This document shows positions 50,690 to 63,866 of a stretch of DNA of 64,000 nucleotides, in pieces. The translations under genes and the position numbers were made by a program. The notes under the pieces were generated by a model. That model saw only the letters and a list, made by a program, of their open reading frames with translations. It made no database searches and was not told the origin of the DNA. The DNA comes from Camelus ferus. Lineage: Eukaryota. The stretch lies in NCBI RefSeq assembly GCF_009834535.1, contig NC_045697.1, positions 52,640,001-52,704,000 on the forward strand, in the 5' to 3' direction. How positions within the stretch are numbered: the first letter of the stretch is position 1; every line of letters begins with the position of its first letter.

Positions 50690-52640
50690 AGACGTTCTGG
50701 TTACACTTGACAAATTGAACAATCTCGTTTTTCTTCGCTCACAAGAAAAAATGATAACAACAGAAAAATAATAGGAGATGACGGGATGGATGTCGAGATG
50801 TTAACAAAGTAACAGGAAGTAGAAAGTGAATGGACAAGTGAAACAGACTTAGCTGAGCAGAGATTTAAGTAGCTGTACCGAAATCATTCAGTTCACCACT
50901 CACAACACTGGAATAGCTCTGAAACTGAAGACTCTGGTACCTATGAAAGTAAAAGTGAGAAAGGAAGTCTTACTCTTTTATATAGGCTCTGTCAAAGGCC
51001 AGTAACTAATTCTGTATTCTTTTTATGAGAAGGAGCCCCTAAATTGTATAAACTTTATGCCCCAATAATCTTGAATTTGTCCTTCGGTGGGGCTGAAACA
51101 AAGATAAATTGAAAGCCTTTATTAGTAACAATTAGATCCCAAGGGAACTCCATGGCTGAAGACAAAAGATGTACTCACTTAGACGTTAAAATAGCTATAT
51201 CTCAGCTATGGGCAGGGATGAGGGCCCATACTGAAAGCGAGGGCATTAAATGAAAATCTGCATACTAATTGTGGAAACCAAGACTCCTCCCTCCCTATAG
51301 CTCCCAGAATGCTGATAGTCAGTTGTCCTTGTAAGAGGTTGGATATTTTTTCTCTGGAGAAACTACAGAAGTTGGCATTTGCAAGTCCTTTAATAGAACA
51401 GCTGTCCAATCACTCTACAGTAAAACTAACAAGAATACAAGCCTGCAGGGCTTCCAACCATCTTCTCTGTAGCTCACTTTAAAATATGAGTGGACACAAA
51501 TGATAAATCCTGGAGAGGGTGTGGAGAAAAGGGAGCATGCCTACACTGTTTGTGGGAATGTAATTTGGTGCAACCACTATGGAGGACAGTATGGAGGTTC
51601 CTGAAAAAACTGAAAATAGACTTACCATATGATCTAGTAGTCCCACTCAAGGGCATATATCTGGAGGAAGCTCTGATTTGAAAAGATACATGCACCCCAA
51701 TCTTCATAGCAGCACTATTTACAATAGACAAGACATGGAAGCAAACTAAATGCCCATTGACAGATGATTGGATAAAGAAGATATGGTATATATATGCAAT
51801 GTAATATTACTCAGCCATAAAAAGGAATGAAATAATTCCATCTGCAGAAACATGGATGAACCTAGAGGTCATCATACTAAGTGAAGTAAGCCAGAAAGAG
51901 ATAAATGCCATATTATATCATTTACATGAAGAATCTAAAAGAAAATGATACAAATGAACTTATTTACAAAACAGAAACAGACTTACAGACATAGAGAACA
52001 AACTTCTGGTTACCAGTGAGGAAAAGGAGGGAGAGGAGGTATAAATTGGGAGTTCAGGATTTGCAGATACTAACTACTACATTTAAAATAGATAAACAAC
52101 AAGGTCCTACTGTAAAGCACAGGGAAATGTATTCAATATCTTGTAATAACCTATAGTGAAAAAGAATATGAAAAGGAATATATATATATATATATAACTG
52201 AATCACTATGCTGTACACCAGAAACTAACACAACATTGTAAATTGACTCTACTTTGATTAAAAAAAATTACATGAGTGAACAGTAAAGAAATCACCAAAC
52301 ATTTAAGGACCATCTGCAACATGAAAGTCAGAGGCTAAAACATACAAACGGGGGGAAAACAAAACAAAACAAAATTTTGAAGAAATAGGCAATGCAGGGT
52401 ACAAGATTTTTAAATTGTTGACTATAATTAAACTCAGAGAGGTGAGAGAGGTTATAACATACACCTACCTTAGATTTTTATTTATAAAAGAATATTTTTA
52501 AAAAACCATGAAAGAACTCTTAGAAGTTAAATGTGATTGCCAAAATTTCGAAAACACTCGATCCAAGATTTGGAAGATAAGTTGAGGAAATCTCCCAGTA
52601 ATAGAACAAAAGAGTAAAGAGAAAATTGGGCAGAGTAAAA
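50690..52640 (+). mobile_element. HAL1/L1ME 5' region and ORF1-like start, interrupted by a Zaphod/MER115-like end (~51010-51085) and a younger L1
   Basis: aaagaactcttagaagttaaa...ttggaagataagttgaggaaatctcccag recalls the HAL1 ORF. Confidence 0.55.
51495..52269 (+). mobile_element. 5'-truncated artiodactyl L1 (ORF2 end plus 3' UTR)
   Basis: [25 protein letters not shown] atgagtggaca/atgagtgaaca. Confidence 0.93.
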
Positions 52641-52649
52641 GTAAACGCC

Positions 52650-52752
52650 AGGGGGCAGAATTCTAAGATGGGCCCCAAGATTCCCTGCTGGTGTACAGGC
52701 CGTTGTATAATCCCCTCCCACAGAGTGTGGGTGGAACGTTTGTCAACATGAT
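52650..52752 (+). mobile_element. MLT1E-like LTR 5' fragment
   Basis: ggcagaattctaagatgggccccaagattccc...tgtataatcccctccc. Confidence 0.7.
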
Positions 52753-52759
52753 GCCAATT

Positions 52760-53150
52760 TCTCTTCTCCTTGACAACACTTGTTATCATATGTCTTTTTT
52801 TAATTATAGGCATCTTATTAGGTGTGAAGTATTATCTGTATGATTTTGATTTGCATTTCCCTGATAGTTAATGATATTACATGATATTATGCATCTTTTT
52901 ACGTGTTATTAGCCATTTGTATATTTTCTTTGGAGAAATATCTAGATGCTTTGCTCATTTTTAAATTAGGTTATTTATCTTTGCATTGCTGAATTTTAGG
53001 AGTTCTTTATGTATTCTAGATATATCTCTTATCAGATATATGATTTGCAAAAATTTTCTCCCATTCTGTGGGCTGTCTTTTCATTTTTTGAATGGTGTCC
53101 TTTGAAGCAGTTTTTAATTCTGATGATGCACAATGTATCTACTTTTTTTT
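52760..53150 (-). mobile_element. L1MA/MB ORF2 3' fragment
   Basis: tttgcatttccctgat...ttttctttggagaaat...ttctcccattctgtgggctgtc. Confidence 0.85.
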
Positions 53151-53458
53151 ATACCAAATAATTTTTTAAACATCATTCGATCTCTTCCTTGACATGCAAG
53201 CTCTCTTCTTAAGCTCCTCTTAGATTCTACTTATATCATGGTCCTCTCAGAAAAACTCTGCCCGGTTTAAATTGATAATTCCCTTCTGGGGCCAAATCTA
53301 CACCTCTACCATACCTTGAATAGATTTCTAACTGACTCATTACACTTACTGATTGATGTACAGTATTTCTATTCCTAACTAGGTTGTGAACAACTTGAGG
53401 GTACAGTACTATTATTCAACTTTGTATTTTTAAATAAGCAATTTTTTAAAATCTGGAA

Positions 53459-54109
53459 CAATGTGGAGATTCCTCAAAAAACAAAAAGAACAGAACTACT
53501 CTTGGAAGTACTCATTTCTGAAGAAAATGAAAACACTAATTCAAACAGATACATGCACCACAATGCCCATAGCAGCATTATTTACAATAGCCAAGATAGG
53601 AAAGCAACCCAAGTGTCCATCAAAGATGAATGGATAAGGAAGTTGTGGTATATACATACAATGGAATATTACTCTGCCATAGAATAGAATGAAATGCTGC
53701 CATTGGCAACAATGTGGATGGACCTGGAGGGTACTATGCTGAGTGAAATAAGTCAGATAAAGAAAGACAAATACTTTATGTTGTCACTTATATGTGGAAT
53801 CTAAAAAATAAAACAAATGAATGAATGTAACAAAACAGAAACAGACTTACAGATAATAGAGAACAAACTAGTAGTTATCAGTGGGGAGAGGGAAGGAGGG
53901 AGAGGCGATATAGGGGTAGGGGATTAAGAGATACAAACTACTATGTTTAAAATAAATAAGCTACAAGGAACATTGTACAGTACAGGAAAATATAGCCAGT
54001 TATTTTTAATAACTTTAAATGGAGTATAATCTTTAAAAAAATGTTGAAACACTATGATATTCATACCTGAAACTAATATAATATTGTAAATCAATTAATT
54101 TCAACAACA
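53459..54109 (+). mobile_element. 5'-truncated Laurasiatherian L1 3' end inserted in an L2 tail
   Basis: ORF2 end plus 3' UTR; perfect TSD aaaatctggaa at 53448-53458 and 54110-54120. Confidence 0.92.
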
Positions 54110-55149
54110 AAAATCTGGAATATACTGGGCATTCAACTAATGTCTGATAAATAAATGAAGAATAAGCGAATTAATGAATAAATGCCAACTGTACGTTCAG
54201 CAATGGTTTGATGCATGTTGAGGATCTACAGTGTCTTGGTTAACTTCCAGAACCCCTTCATGGCACAACAGTACTATATCCAAATCTTTTCTTGTGCTAT
54301 CTGTTCTACATGGAATACATCCTTTTTTTCTTTTAGTTTCTAGAATCTCATCTTTTCCTATCAAGATTTTCCCAAGGAATAGGATGAAAAGAAGACCCAT
54401 TCTATCTGAATATGCATTTTCCTGAAACTCACACCCGATTAACATAAATATATCTGCACTAATTTCTCTAAATAATGTATAATAATTCACTATATTACTA
54501 TATTCAGTAATTCTGTTATCTGCTAATGTACAGAAAAAAATCTTAATTATCTATTTTTTTTGGAAGAAACTAATTGAGTACAGTAGGAGAAAAAACAAGG
54601 GGAGTGGGGCCATACCCAATCTTGCTTTCAAATCCTTAGGTATCATTAAGCAGAATACATAACAAAACCACCTGCTACCTTATTCCTTACTTACTTTTTT
54701 CCCCTACGTAGCCTATAACCAAAATTTCTCATCCAAAATACTGATCCTCTTAAAATGAGCAAAAGTCTAATGACAAACACAAGCAAAATTGTCATAGCAA
54801 GTAACTTGCTCATTAGCATGGATAATGAAGAGTTGAGTAAATATCTTATTTTAGTCTTTGTCTACCCAACGTAGAGTGTGACGGGTAGAAAAAGATAAAA
54901 ACCAAAATTAAAAATATATACTCTAAGAATTCCAGGACCATTTTTTATTAATCAGCTTCATATAGAACCTTCACACATATCCTATCATGTTTGATTTTTA
55001 AAAGTTCATATATACAAAATATTTTGCAAAAATAAATGCCTGCTAATGCAAAATACAAATACATCCATGTACTACAGAAGAATCAAGTACATTACAGGAA
55101 ACAAAAACAAATAAACCTGTACCTTAAAGTGTCAAGAACTAAAGGAAAT

Positions 55150-55655
55150 TTTATTTATTCAACCAGTATTTATCAAGCATCTACTTCATTTGTCAGATAC
55201 CATTCTAGGCACTGAGAACACAGTGGTGAACAAAACAAGTCCCTGCTCTGGTGGAGTTTATATTCTAGTGCAGGCAGACAGACTATAAACAAATAAATAA
55301 TTTGTCAAGTGGTGGTAAAAACAATAACCAAACACAAGGCAGGGTAAAAGGAATAGCAAAGGCAGGTAGATAGGGTGGTCAGCTAAGGCCTGTTTAATAA
55401 GATGACATTTAAGCAGAAACCTGAAGGAAGTGCGGGAGTAAGCCATGAAGAGATCTGGGGGGTAAGTATGCCAAGAGGAGCACCCAGCAGGGCAAAGTCC
55501 CTGGGACCAGTGTGCCTGGTGCATTCAAGGAACAGCAGAAGCCAGTCTGCTGTGAAGTGAGCAAGGAGGAAAGCAGTAAGAAGTGGAGATCATGCGGTAC
55601 CTTGTGGAGCATAGTAAGGTCTTTTGTCTTGTCTCTGATTGAAATGAGAAACAAA
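55150..55655 (-). mobile_element. L2a 3' region
   Basis: tttattcaac tail, ttctaggcactgagaacacagtggtgaacaaaac, gcagaaacctgaaggaagtg. Confidence 0.85.
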
Positions 55656-56503
55656 AGATGGGATTACATTTCCTTTACCCTACTGAAGAAGCCAGTCCTT
55701 TATTTGTATCTGGGATGGAGTGGAAGGAAGGAAAGGAATACATGAACAGGAACCACGATACTAGGAGGGCAGAGACTGGTTCTGATGAACTACAGACTGC
55801 TTTGAAATCCACTTCAGGGTCATAACATATGGCTCTTGTAATTTTTATCTGAAAACATTGTTAATAGCAGGCGGACATTCATGATTTCCTTCAGTCCTAA
55901 TGCAGTAACCTCCTATTTTCCCATCAGGTGAGATGGGAATGGTAGTCTAAATTCAGCCTAATCACGGTGCCAATAATAGCACAAAAGCGAAGAGCGCGTC
56001 TGAGCTGGAGATCCCCAATTTCTGCCTCTGAATTAAGCCTTGTTACCGGTCCTCCAGATTCAGGTTAATCCCCATCCTACCTGAGCAAACTCAGAGGAGA
56101 GGCATCGGCACTCTACTGCAACTAGACCGCAGAACAAACAACCACCAAGCACTAGCCAGGCAAATGTGCCAGCATCCAGCAACCTTGTCTTTCTATTTGC
56201 TGTATTTTTAGCAGTCACTGCTGAGCAACTCATTTTCCCACACTAAGGCAACTAGAACAATTTTCCAACAGAACTTGCACAAAATATCACCAGCTAATTT
56301 GTTTGAACTGCATAACCTTTCTCTTTCTCTCCCTTTCTCCCTCCCTCCCTTTTTCTTAGTTACATTCTGAGCCCAAACTGTCTCCCTTAGAGATGAAGTC
56401 TCTCGCTGCTTTAGTGAAAGAATTTTTCTGTGTTTAATTTTAATGGTAAATTAGGTTCAAAGAAAAGAACAGCTATTTTGAGCAATATTAAGATTGTACC
56501 AGT

Positions 56504-56559
56504 GGGGGGTAGTGCCAAGATGGCTGAGTAGAAGGACACGCAGGTCACCTACTCCCACG
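56504..56559 (+). mobile_element. Isolated L1 extreme 5' end (~56 bp) with TSD
   Basis: ggggggtagtgccaagatggctgagtagaaggac...cacctactcccacg flanked by aagattgtaccagt / aagactgtactgt. Confidence 0.7.
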
Positions 56560-56964
56560 AAGACTGTACTGTGGGATTCAGGTCCTCCTGGCGAATTCTC
56601 TTCCTAGTGAAATACTTTTGTGGTTATTGATGCAAAAGAAATGAAAAATAATTTGTTCTTCAAAATGGATACCAGCCAGGGAGCTTTATGGGAATTCCTG
56701 CTGCCTCATGGCTGAGCCTAGTCTCCTCTTCACAGCTGCCACCACCTGGTCCTCATCTTCCCAAACCCACTGGGATTCGAACACTTGTTCATCACTATGG
56801 AGAAAACAGAAATGTGCCAGAAATTTAAACTGTGATAATGTCACAACAAAATTTTAAATATCACCTAGTTCTTCAGGTAATTAATTCCTATTCTACACCG
56901 GCATCTACCTGGGGGCAAGCAAGTCACTTATAGCACCTTTCCTGAATTTCTAAGAAGTGTCTGT

Positions 56965-57240
56965 TATCCATCAAGTTTTTACTGAGCATTTATGATGTGC
57001 CCAGTATTGTTCTAGATGCCAAAGATATAGCAGTAAACAAGCAAACAAGAAAGGTAAAAATCCCTGCTGTTGTTTCCAGTGGAGGGACCTTGGGGAACGG
57101 TGATAACACTAAGGAGGAAAATGAACCAGGACATGAGGCTAGGAAGGCCCGGGAAGGGGGATGGGGTGGGGGACCAGTGCAATTTTAAATAGGTGGCCAG
57201 GGAAGGTTATCACTGAGAAGATTCATTTGAACAAATACGT
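56965..57240 (-). mobile_element. L2 3' fragment
   Basis: tttactgagcatttatgatgtgcc...gatatagcagtaaacaag...gtggccagggaagg. Confidence 0.75.
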
Positions 57241-57509
57241 GACAGATTCGAACACATAAGATACCCTTTCAAAAAGCATTTTGACTTTATGCCATTTCCT
57301 TTCTAAAAACATATGCGCTGTGGTGGTTTTAAGGAAGCATATTTTATAGCCTTTTTGATAACTTTACATGAATTTAAATGTTAGTTCAAAGATGACCATT
57401 CTCATAATTATTACCTAATACTGTAGGAGACAAACATTATAACTTGTAGATCATCTATCAATTGCTTCAACTTTTAAAGGGAGAACAAAAGACAAATTTC
57501 TTCTTTTAA

Positions 57510-59565
57510 AAGAGAAGTCAGCAATGTGAATGGTTACAAAATTAGTATGCAAGTATTAATTGTCTTCACATGTATTAATACAAACATCCAGTTTAAAAAT
57601 ACAAAGATAAAAATCCCATTTATAATAACAATAGAACATGGCAAAATATTTAGGAATAAACTTGACAAGAAATGTGCAAGAACTATGGAGAAAATTTTGC
57701 AATACTACTAAGGAATACAAAGAATAACCTTGAACACATGAAAATTAATACCACGTTCATGATTAGGAAGACTCAACATCAAGAAGAGAGCATTTCTCCC
57801 TAATTTAAATTTATAATTTAATATGATCACAATAAAAATACAATCAGAATTTTTGCTGGAAAAATAGTGAGGTATATTTAAAGTGCATATGGAAGAGAAA
57901 AAAATCAAAAGGCTGGGAAACTCTAAAAATATAAAATTAATAATAAGAGGGGAACAAGCCCACCATGTGTATTTTTATTTTGAAACTTCACCAATTAAAA
58001 TAGTGTGGTGCTACTGAATGAGTGACAGACAGATGAGTGAAACAAAATAGAAGGTCTAGAAAAGACAGAGATATATTAAAGAATTTAGTATAAAGGTGGC
58101 ATTGCACATCAGAGGGAGATGGATTATTAAGTAAATGGTTTTAGAACAAGTAGGTTAGCTATCTATTAAAAATTATGTCACATTCATGTCAAAATAAATT
58201 TTTAGTACATAAAAGTTTTAAATATTTTTTTTAAAACACAAAAGTGGGGGGAAAAAAACCATGAAGCATAGACTCAGAGTAAGGAGGTCCTTACTAAATA
58301 TACCACAAAACCCAGAAATCATTAAAAACTGATTAAGTTTAAATACATTAAAATTTTAAATTTCCACACAGCAAAAACACTAGGCAAAAATTTTTTAAAA
58401 AACAAATTTTCAGCAAGTACAAAAAGGAATAACCATACATTGCCGGTGGGAGTATAAATTGGTACTAGCTCTACTGAGAACAATTTGGCACTATTAAAAT
58501 TAAATTTTAAGTGTATATACATCTTTGACTCAGAAATTTCTCCTAGGAATTTATCCTCATTTGATACAAATGAGAAGAGACATATGCAAAGATATTCATG
58601 CAGCATTATTTAAAATATCAAAATATTGAACCAATTGGGATACATCTATATAATGGAATCATATGCAACCTTCTAAGAGTAAGGCAAATCTGTAAGGACT
58701 GATACGGAACGATTTCCAAGATCATTATTATCTTCCCTTAGCCCAGAAGCAGAAACAAAGACCCCAAAGCCCAATAGATTAGGTGTGAGACAGAAAAAGT
58801 ATGGGTGTATGAGTCCAGCCTTTTTGCTTCCTAAGAGTAAATATGCCTGGAGCTAAGATAAAGACAAGCAGAGATGGAGAACAGACCTGGATGGGATCCA
58901 GGACTAGAGGCCCTTTCAAAGTGAAGTGGGGACTTTTTACGTCCAGGAGCATGGAGAAAAGGACTCTGTGATGAATTATTCTTAATGTGTACCCCGCATT
59001 GACCCTTTTCCTGTGAACATTAACCATCTAACCAACCTGGACACTCAAAATGTCCCTTGAAGAGCAAGTGGGACTTAATGTGGGAATTTGGACATCCTAT
59101 GTGGAGATGGATACCTAAGGGAAAACTGTCCCCTGGCCAGTGTGGAACTGAATAGAACCAGTTGGGAATATCTGTCTTTAGGAAGCAATGAGCGCACCAT
59201 GACTGTTACATATTCATCCCACAGAATTTGAACTTACTCTCAATTGCCAGCTCTGTATCAGTCATTCCCATTCATGAGGTCTCATGTGGAAAACACTGGT
59301 AAAAACGGCTCTCCTGACATAACTAATTTACGGTGATGGAAATGAGAATAGTGGTTTTCCTTGTGAGTAGGTAATGTCAGGGAAGGCACATCTAAGAGCC
59401 TTCTGTGGTACTGAAAATGTTCTGTAATTTGACGGCTCACATTTAGATGCATGTTATACCTACTTTTAATGTTTGTTTAAAATTTACAGACTACTGTAAA
59501 TTGACATATTTTATATTATTTATATTATAAATTTGTATATAAACTATACCTCAAATTTTAAAAAC
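57510..59565 (+). mobile_element. Old L1ME/MC ORF2-to-3'-end fragments, with a possible ancient LTR-like insert at ~58740-59300
   Basis: aatcccatttataataac, ttcatgattaggaagactcaa, ggtgggagtataaattggtac, aaactatacctcaa tail. Confidence 0.7.
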
Positions 59566-60879
59566 TAGCCTGGGATTTTCTTCTATTCAACCACAACCTA
59601 CTTCGGCCTGGGTTACTCACATTCTTTTCTTTCTCTACCATAAAAGGTCTAACTTACCTGTTCAGCAAAGTTCCAATGCCAGATAGTACAAATGCAAAGT
59701 CACAAGAAAAACAGAAACACAAATGTATTTAGCTGGTGTAGAGATCAAAGAAAAGTAAATAATGAACTGTGGCTTCATCAAACATTAACAGAACAGTACA
59801 GGGCAGAACACAGTAGCAAATAATCAAGATATACATTGGGATTATATTTGCTTTAGAGCAATTTATTTTCAAATTGACAGTTGGTTTTGAAGTCTTTCAT
59901 TTAAGTCTAATATTTTATTAAGAGATAATCAAATTTTGGTTAATTGTGGTCTTAGAAAACTGTAATTTTCTAATGCTTTTAAAAAATACTTTTTGAAATT
60001 AAAAAAAATACTCTTTCCTTTTTGAGAGTTTGCATTTGTATTGCCCAACCATCCAGTGACCCATATGGATCAAAGCAGTTGCCAGGACTCTAGCAGGACT
60101 AAGAAAATAAATTTGAATTTCTTTTCACACTAAATTTTCTTTTCTCTGCACGTGTGGGAGACTTCTCTACTTTTAGAAAGGTGTTGTGGAGATTTACTTT
60201 CCTTAGTTCTGAGCCTCTGCTTGTTTCAGTCAAAAATACAACACTCTCTACTATCCTATTCTCACTCCCCTTACTTCTCAACAGAAGTAATTTTTGGTGG
60301 GAGAGTAAAGAGCAAAGTCAAGTCACTGGCCAAAAGTGGCCAAAGTCAATGACCTCCAGGGCAAACCCACTAAACTCCCTCCTACCAGAAGCCACAAGTT
60401 GAGGGGTGTGGGATAAACAAAGTAACTGCAAAACAAACTGCTACCAGAGGGCAATGGCAGGAAGGAGCTGCATTAAATTCACCCAACAGTACGTTTTGCC
60501 CCACCAGCAAGAATCTCTTCTGTAGAGCTGCTATGATTTTTGAGCTCATAGCAATATGAGGCCAGGAAACAATTAGATATCAAAGAGAAGAAAGCACTTG
60601 ATGGTATTAACAACAATCATCCCCAACTTTGTTCATTTTTCCCCTTCTTGGAAAAAAATGACAAAGAAAATATGGAATTTATTCCAGCCCTGCTAAAATA
60701 TATCTACCTAGAATTGTTTCTAATATTTATGAATCAAAAACATCTTATAATTTTTTAAATTTTATTATCTCACCACTTTTGTAATGGCCTTACACCTCTG
60801 AATCCCCAAGAATGAGACAGTTGTATTATTATGAAAAGGGAATGAAAGCAGTTCCAAACTATCTAATTTTAAAATCATG

Positions 60880-61180
60880 GCTTTGCCAGTTACTAGGTAT
60901 AAAGTGGAAGGTAACATCTAGCTTCACAAGGGTGTTATAAAGAAATAAAAAATTTTGTAGACTGTAACAACTTATACAAACGTAAGGCATGAGGTATTAC
61001 CAAGCGGAAAGGGCAGAGGCTTTGGATCTAGAGATCCTGGTTCAAATCTCAGTAGTATCACTTTGACCAAGTTAAGTTCTCTGAACTCAATTGCTCCATC
61101 CAGATTGTTGCAAGGATTAAACATTAACTTATATAAAGGCCCAGTAACTTAATAGTCATCCAACAAATGACAGCTATTAT
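60880..61180 (+). mobile_element. Two degraded MIR copies
   Basis: ggctttggatctaga...ggttcaaatc...gttgcaaggattaaa...aaatgacagctattatt. Confidence 0.6.
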
Positions 61181-61209
61181 TTTGAAGATTTTTTTCCTTT
61201 CCTTTAGTC

Positions 61210-61600
61210 ACTTTTCATTCATTTATTCAACAAATATTTATTGAGTAATAGACACAGTACTATGGTATAATGGTAAGGTATCTACAACTTTTATCTTTAT
61301 GGATTTATTGTCTAGTTGGGAACACAAGCAAATAAACAGAAAATTACAGTATACTTTTGTATGTGTTATAATAGGGGAAGCACAGAGTGCTATGGGAACC
61401 CAGATGAGAGACACTTTGTCCAGACTTAGTTCAGTACTGCAGAGGTGTCTTGGAGAAAGTGACTTTGAGCTGAAAACTGAACAACAAGTAGGAATTAGGA
61501 AATAAAGGAGAGAAAGTAAGGTAAATTTTCCAGGCAAAGACATGCACAAAGGCCCAGAAGCAAGAGACATCATGTTTTTGAGATCAAGAAACCTCAAAAT
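61210..61600 (-). mobile_element. L2 3' region
   Basis: tcattcatttattcaacaaatatttattgag...tttgagctgaaaactgaa...caaaggcccagaag. Confidence 0.8.
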
Positions 61601-62269
61601 ATCCACCAACACATACACTCTGTTCTGGGATTAGAACATAAATACTCTCATATAGATCTTTCTGCCCTTTTGTTGTCCATTGACATCATGTCTTTCAGCC
61701 TTTCATCTGACAAATATCCACTGAAGAGAACATATTTTCAACTTCAGCCAAAATCCTACCATGACCAATCACCATTATCAGGTATAAATTCCTGGTTATG
61801 TGGCCCAATAATTCACAACATATATTCTTATTCCAATCTGGAGATCTACAAGCATAGCATCAGACTGGATGATGATGGATAAATGCCATTCTCTATACTC
61901 CATGAGCTTAACAGTCCACTTGGGAAAATAGAACATAAAATAGATTAGGACATACAACAGGATGTGATTAAATATTACTTGAATGATTGGACAATAAATG
62001 TAATAGAAATTTAGACAAGGATGGATCATGATAATTTTATAAATGTCACTGCAGCTTGGGAGTATTTTCCTCACATCATTCATATGGGCTTATTATATAC
62101 AGACACCCCACACTCTTTGACAAGTTCACTTGGTCATTCAACAAATGTTTAAGGGTATAATAGTACATGTGTACAACAGGTATAGGGACAACACAAAGGC
62201 CCTGTCCACACAGATCTTATATTTTTGTTAGCAAAGGAAGCAATAAACAAAAAACAAAAACACTTTACA

Positions 62270-62430
62270 TATATATCTTATTTAATCTTGGAAACAACTC
62301 CATGAGTTAGAATTTATCATTCTTTTACAGAAGAGACATGGGGTGTCAAATAACTTATCCAAGGTCAGACAGCTACCAAGTAGCACAGCCGAAATTTTAA
62401 TTTAGGTCTGTCAGACTATAAAGCCCATGT
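62270..62430 (-). mobile_element. MIR
   Basis: tcttatttaatc...aacttatccaaggtcagacagcta. Confidence 0.7.
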
Positions 62431-62869
62431 CCAATGTCAGTCATCCCACTCCACTGCTGAAACTTTCCATTTCCCTGAACAACAAAGGTTGCTGGAGGCT
62501 TCTTTGATACATGGTCATTCCTGAAACGTGCCCAAGATTAGACAAGTGATTCTCATGCTTTTTGCTTCCACAAGCTAGGTCGCAGGCTCTTTCTTAATCC
62601 TGCAGTATTCTTTCTTCCAGCTGCATTGCTTTTAACTGTGATTATTTAGTCTCCATCTCAAATATATATCCATGGGTTCCATTCTATGCAATTCCCTTCT
62701 CTGCTTTAACATCTTCATTAAATTCTCCATTCATTTTCCTCATTCACCAAAACAGTTGCTAATTAGTAGTACTATACTCTCCTCCAAAAGTATGGCTCTA
62801 ATGGGCTATGTGGCAAGTGTGCTATATTGGAAGTGTTACTGTATTTGGATCTACACATATTACCAGTAG

Positions 62870-63030
62870 CTCTATCATCAAGCAGTTAAGTGCCTGGCTC
62901 TTTTCTACATTATCTCATTTCATTCTTTCAATAACACTGCAAATTATTAAAGAGTTCCTATTTTATAGATGAGGAATTGAGGTTCAGAGGGGCTGAATTA
63001 ATTGCCCATGGCCAGGATATAGTAAATTTA
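62870..63030 (-). mobile_element. MIR
   Basis: ctattttatagatgaggaattgaggttcagag...ttgcccatggcca. Confidence 0.75.
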
Positions 63031-63219
63031 CCTCTTCACGTGTGCTTCCTACCATACCATGCTGTCTCCCACCTAAAACTGCAGAAATCACAGAAATACG
63101 GATTTGAAAGGACTCCCAAGGATCTTTTACAAGATTCCTTCCCGTGTAGGCATCATTTCTACAGAATCCTTTCCAGTGATCCAGTCTCTTACAGAAATAC
63201 TGGCTTTATCATATGCAAA

Positions 63220-63360
63220 TTGTGACCTCTGTAAGCCTCAGTTTTCTCATCTATAAAAGTGAGTGCTACTATTTATCTCACAAGGTTATTGTGAGGATTA
63301 AATGATAAAGTATGTGAAGGTCCTTTGCAAATAATAAAGCTCCTTATAAATGTTCCGAGC
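63220..63360 (+). mobile_element. MIR core and tail
   Basis: gcctcagttttctcatctataaaag...ttgtgaggattaaatga. Confidence 0.8.
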
Positions 63361-63826
63361 TTTCTTTACAAGTTAAGTTAGGCCTGTAAGACAAAATACT
63401 ATGTTTGAATTTAAGTCATTGTAAATGGATTCTCTATAATATCTCTCTGACTTCATAATCAGAAATATAAAGGGAGCAATATAGCCACAATTTTTTCAAG
63501 TAGGCAAAATTATTTTACATTACTACTAGACCCAAGACTAAGCTTACAGTATAAGTTTTTCTCAAACTCTTTTGGAGATAGAGAAGAATATCACCTTTGG
63601 AATGGCAATGAGAAAGTGAATTTCATCTAATATGGGCAGTTGTGTAAAATAATTAACATGGCTTGCAATATGATAGGCTTTAAATAAATTTTCTAATATA
63701 ATTCTATTAGAATTTGTGCACATATTAAAAATACCAATACAACTATAATAATAAACATTTATTGAGCACTTACTTAATATTTGGTAACTCATTTAATAAA
63801 ATTCTTCAATTATAGTATAATAGTAA

Positions 63827-63866
63827 TTTGACAATTAAAGGAAAGTTTGACAATTAAAGGAAAGTT
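63827..63866. repeat. 19-bp perfect tandem duplication
   Basis: tttgacaattaaaggaaag twice. Confidence 0.95.
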
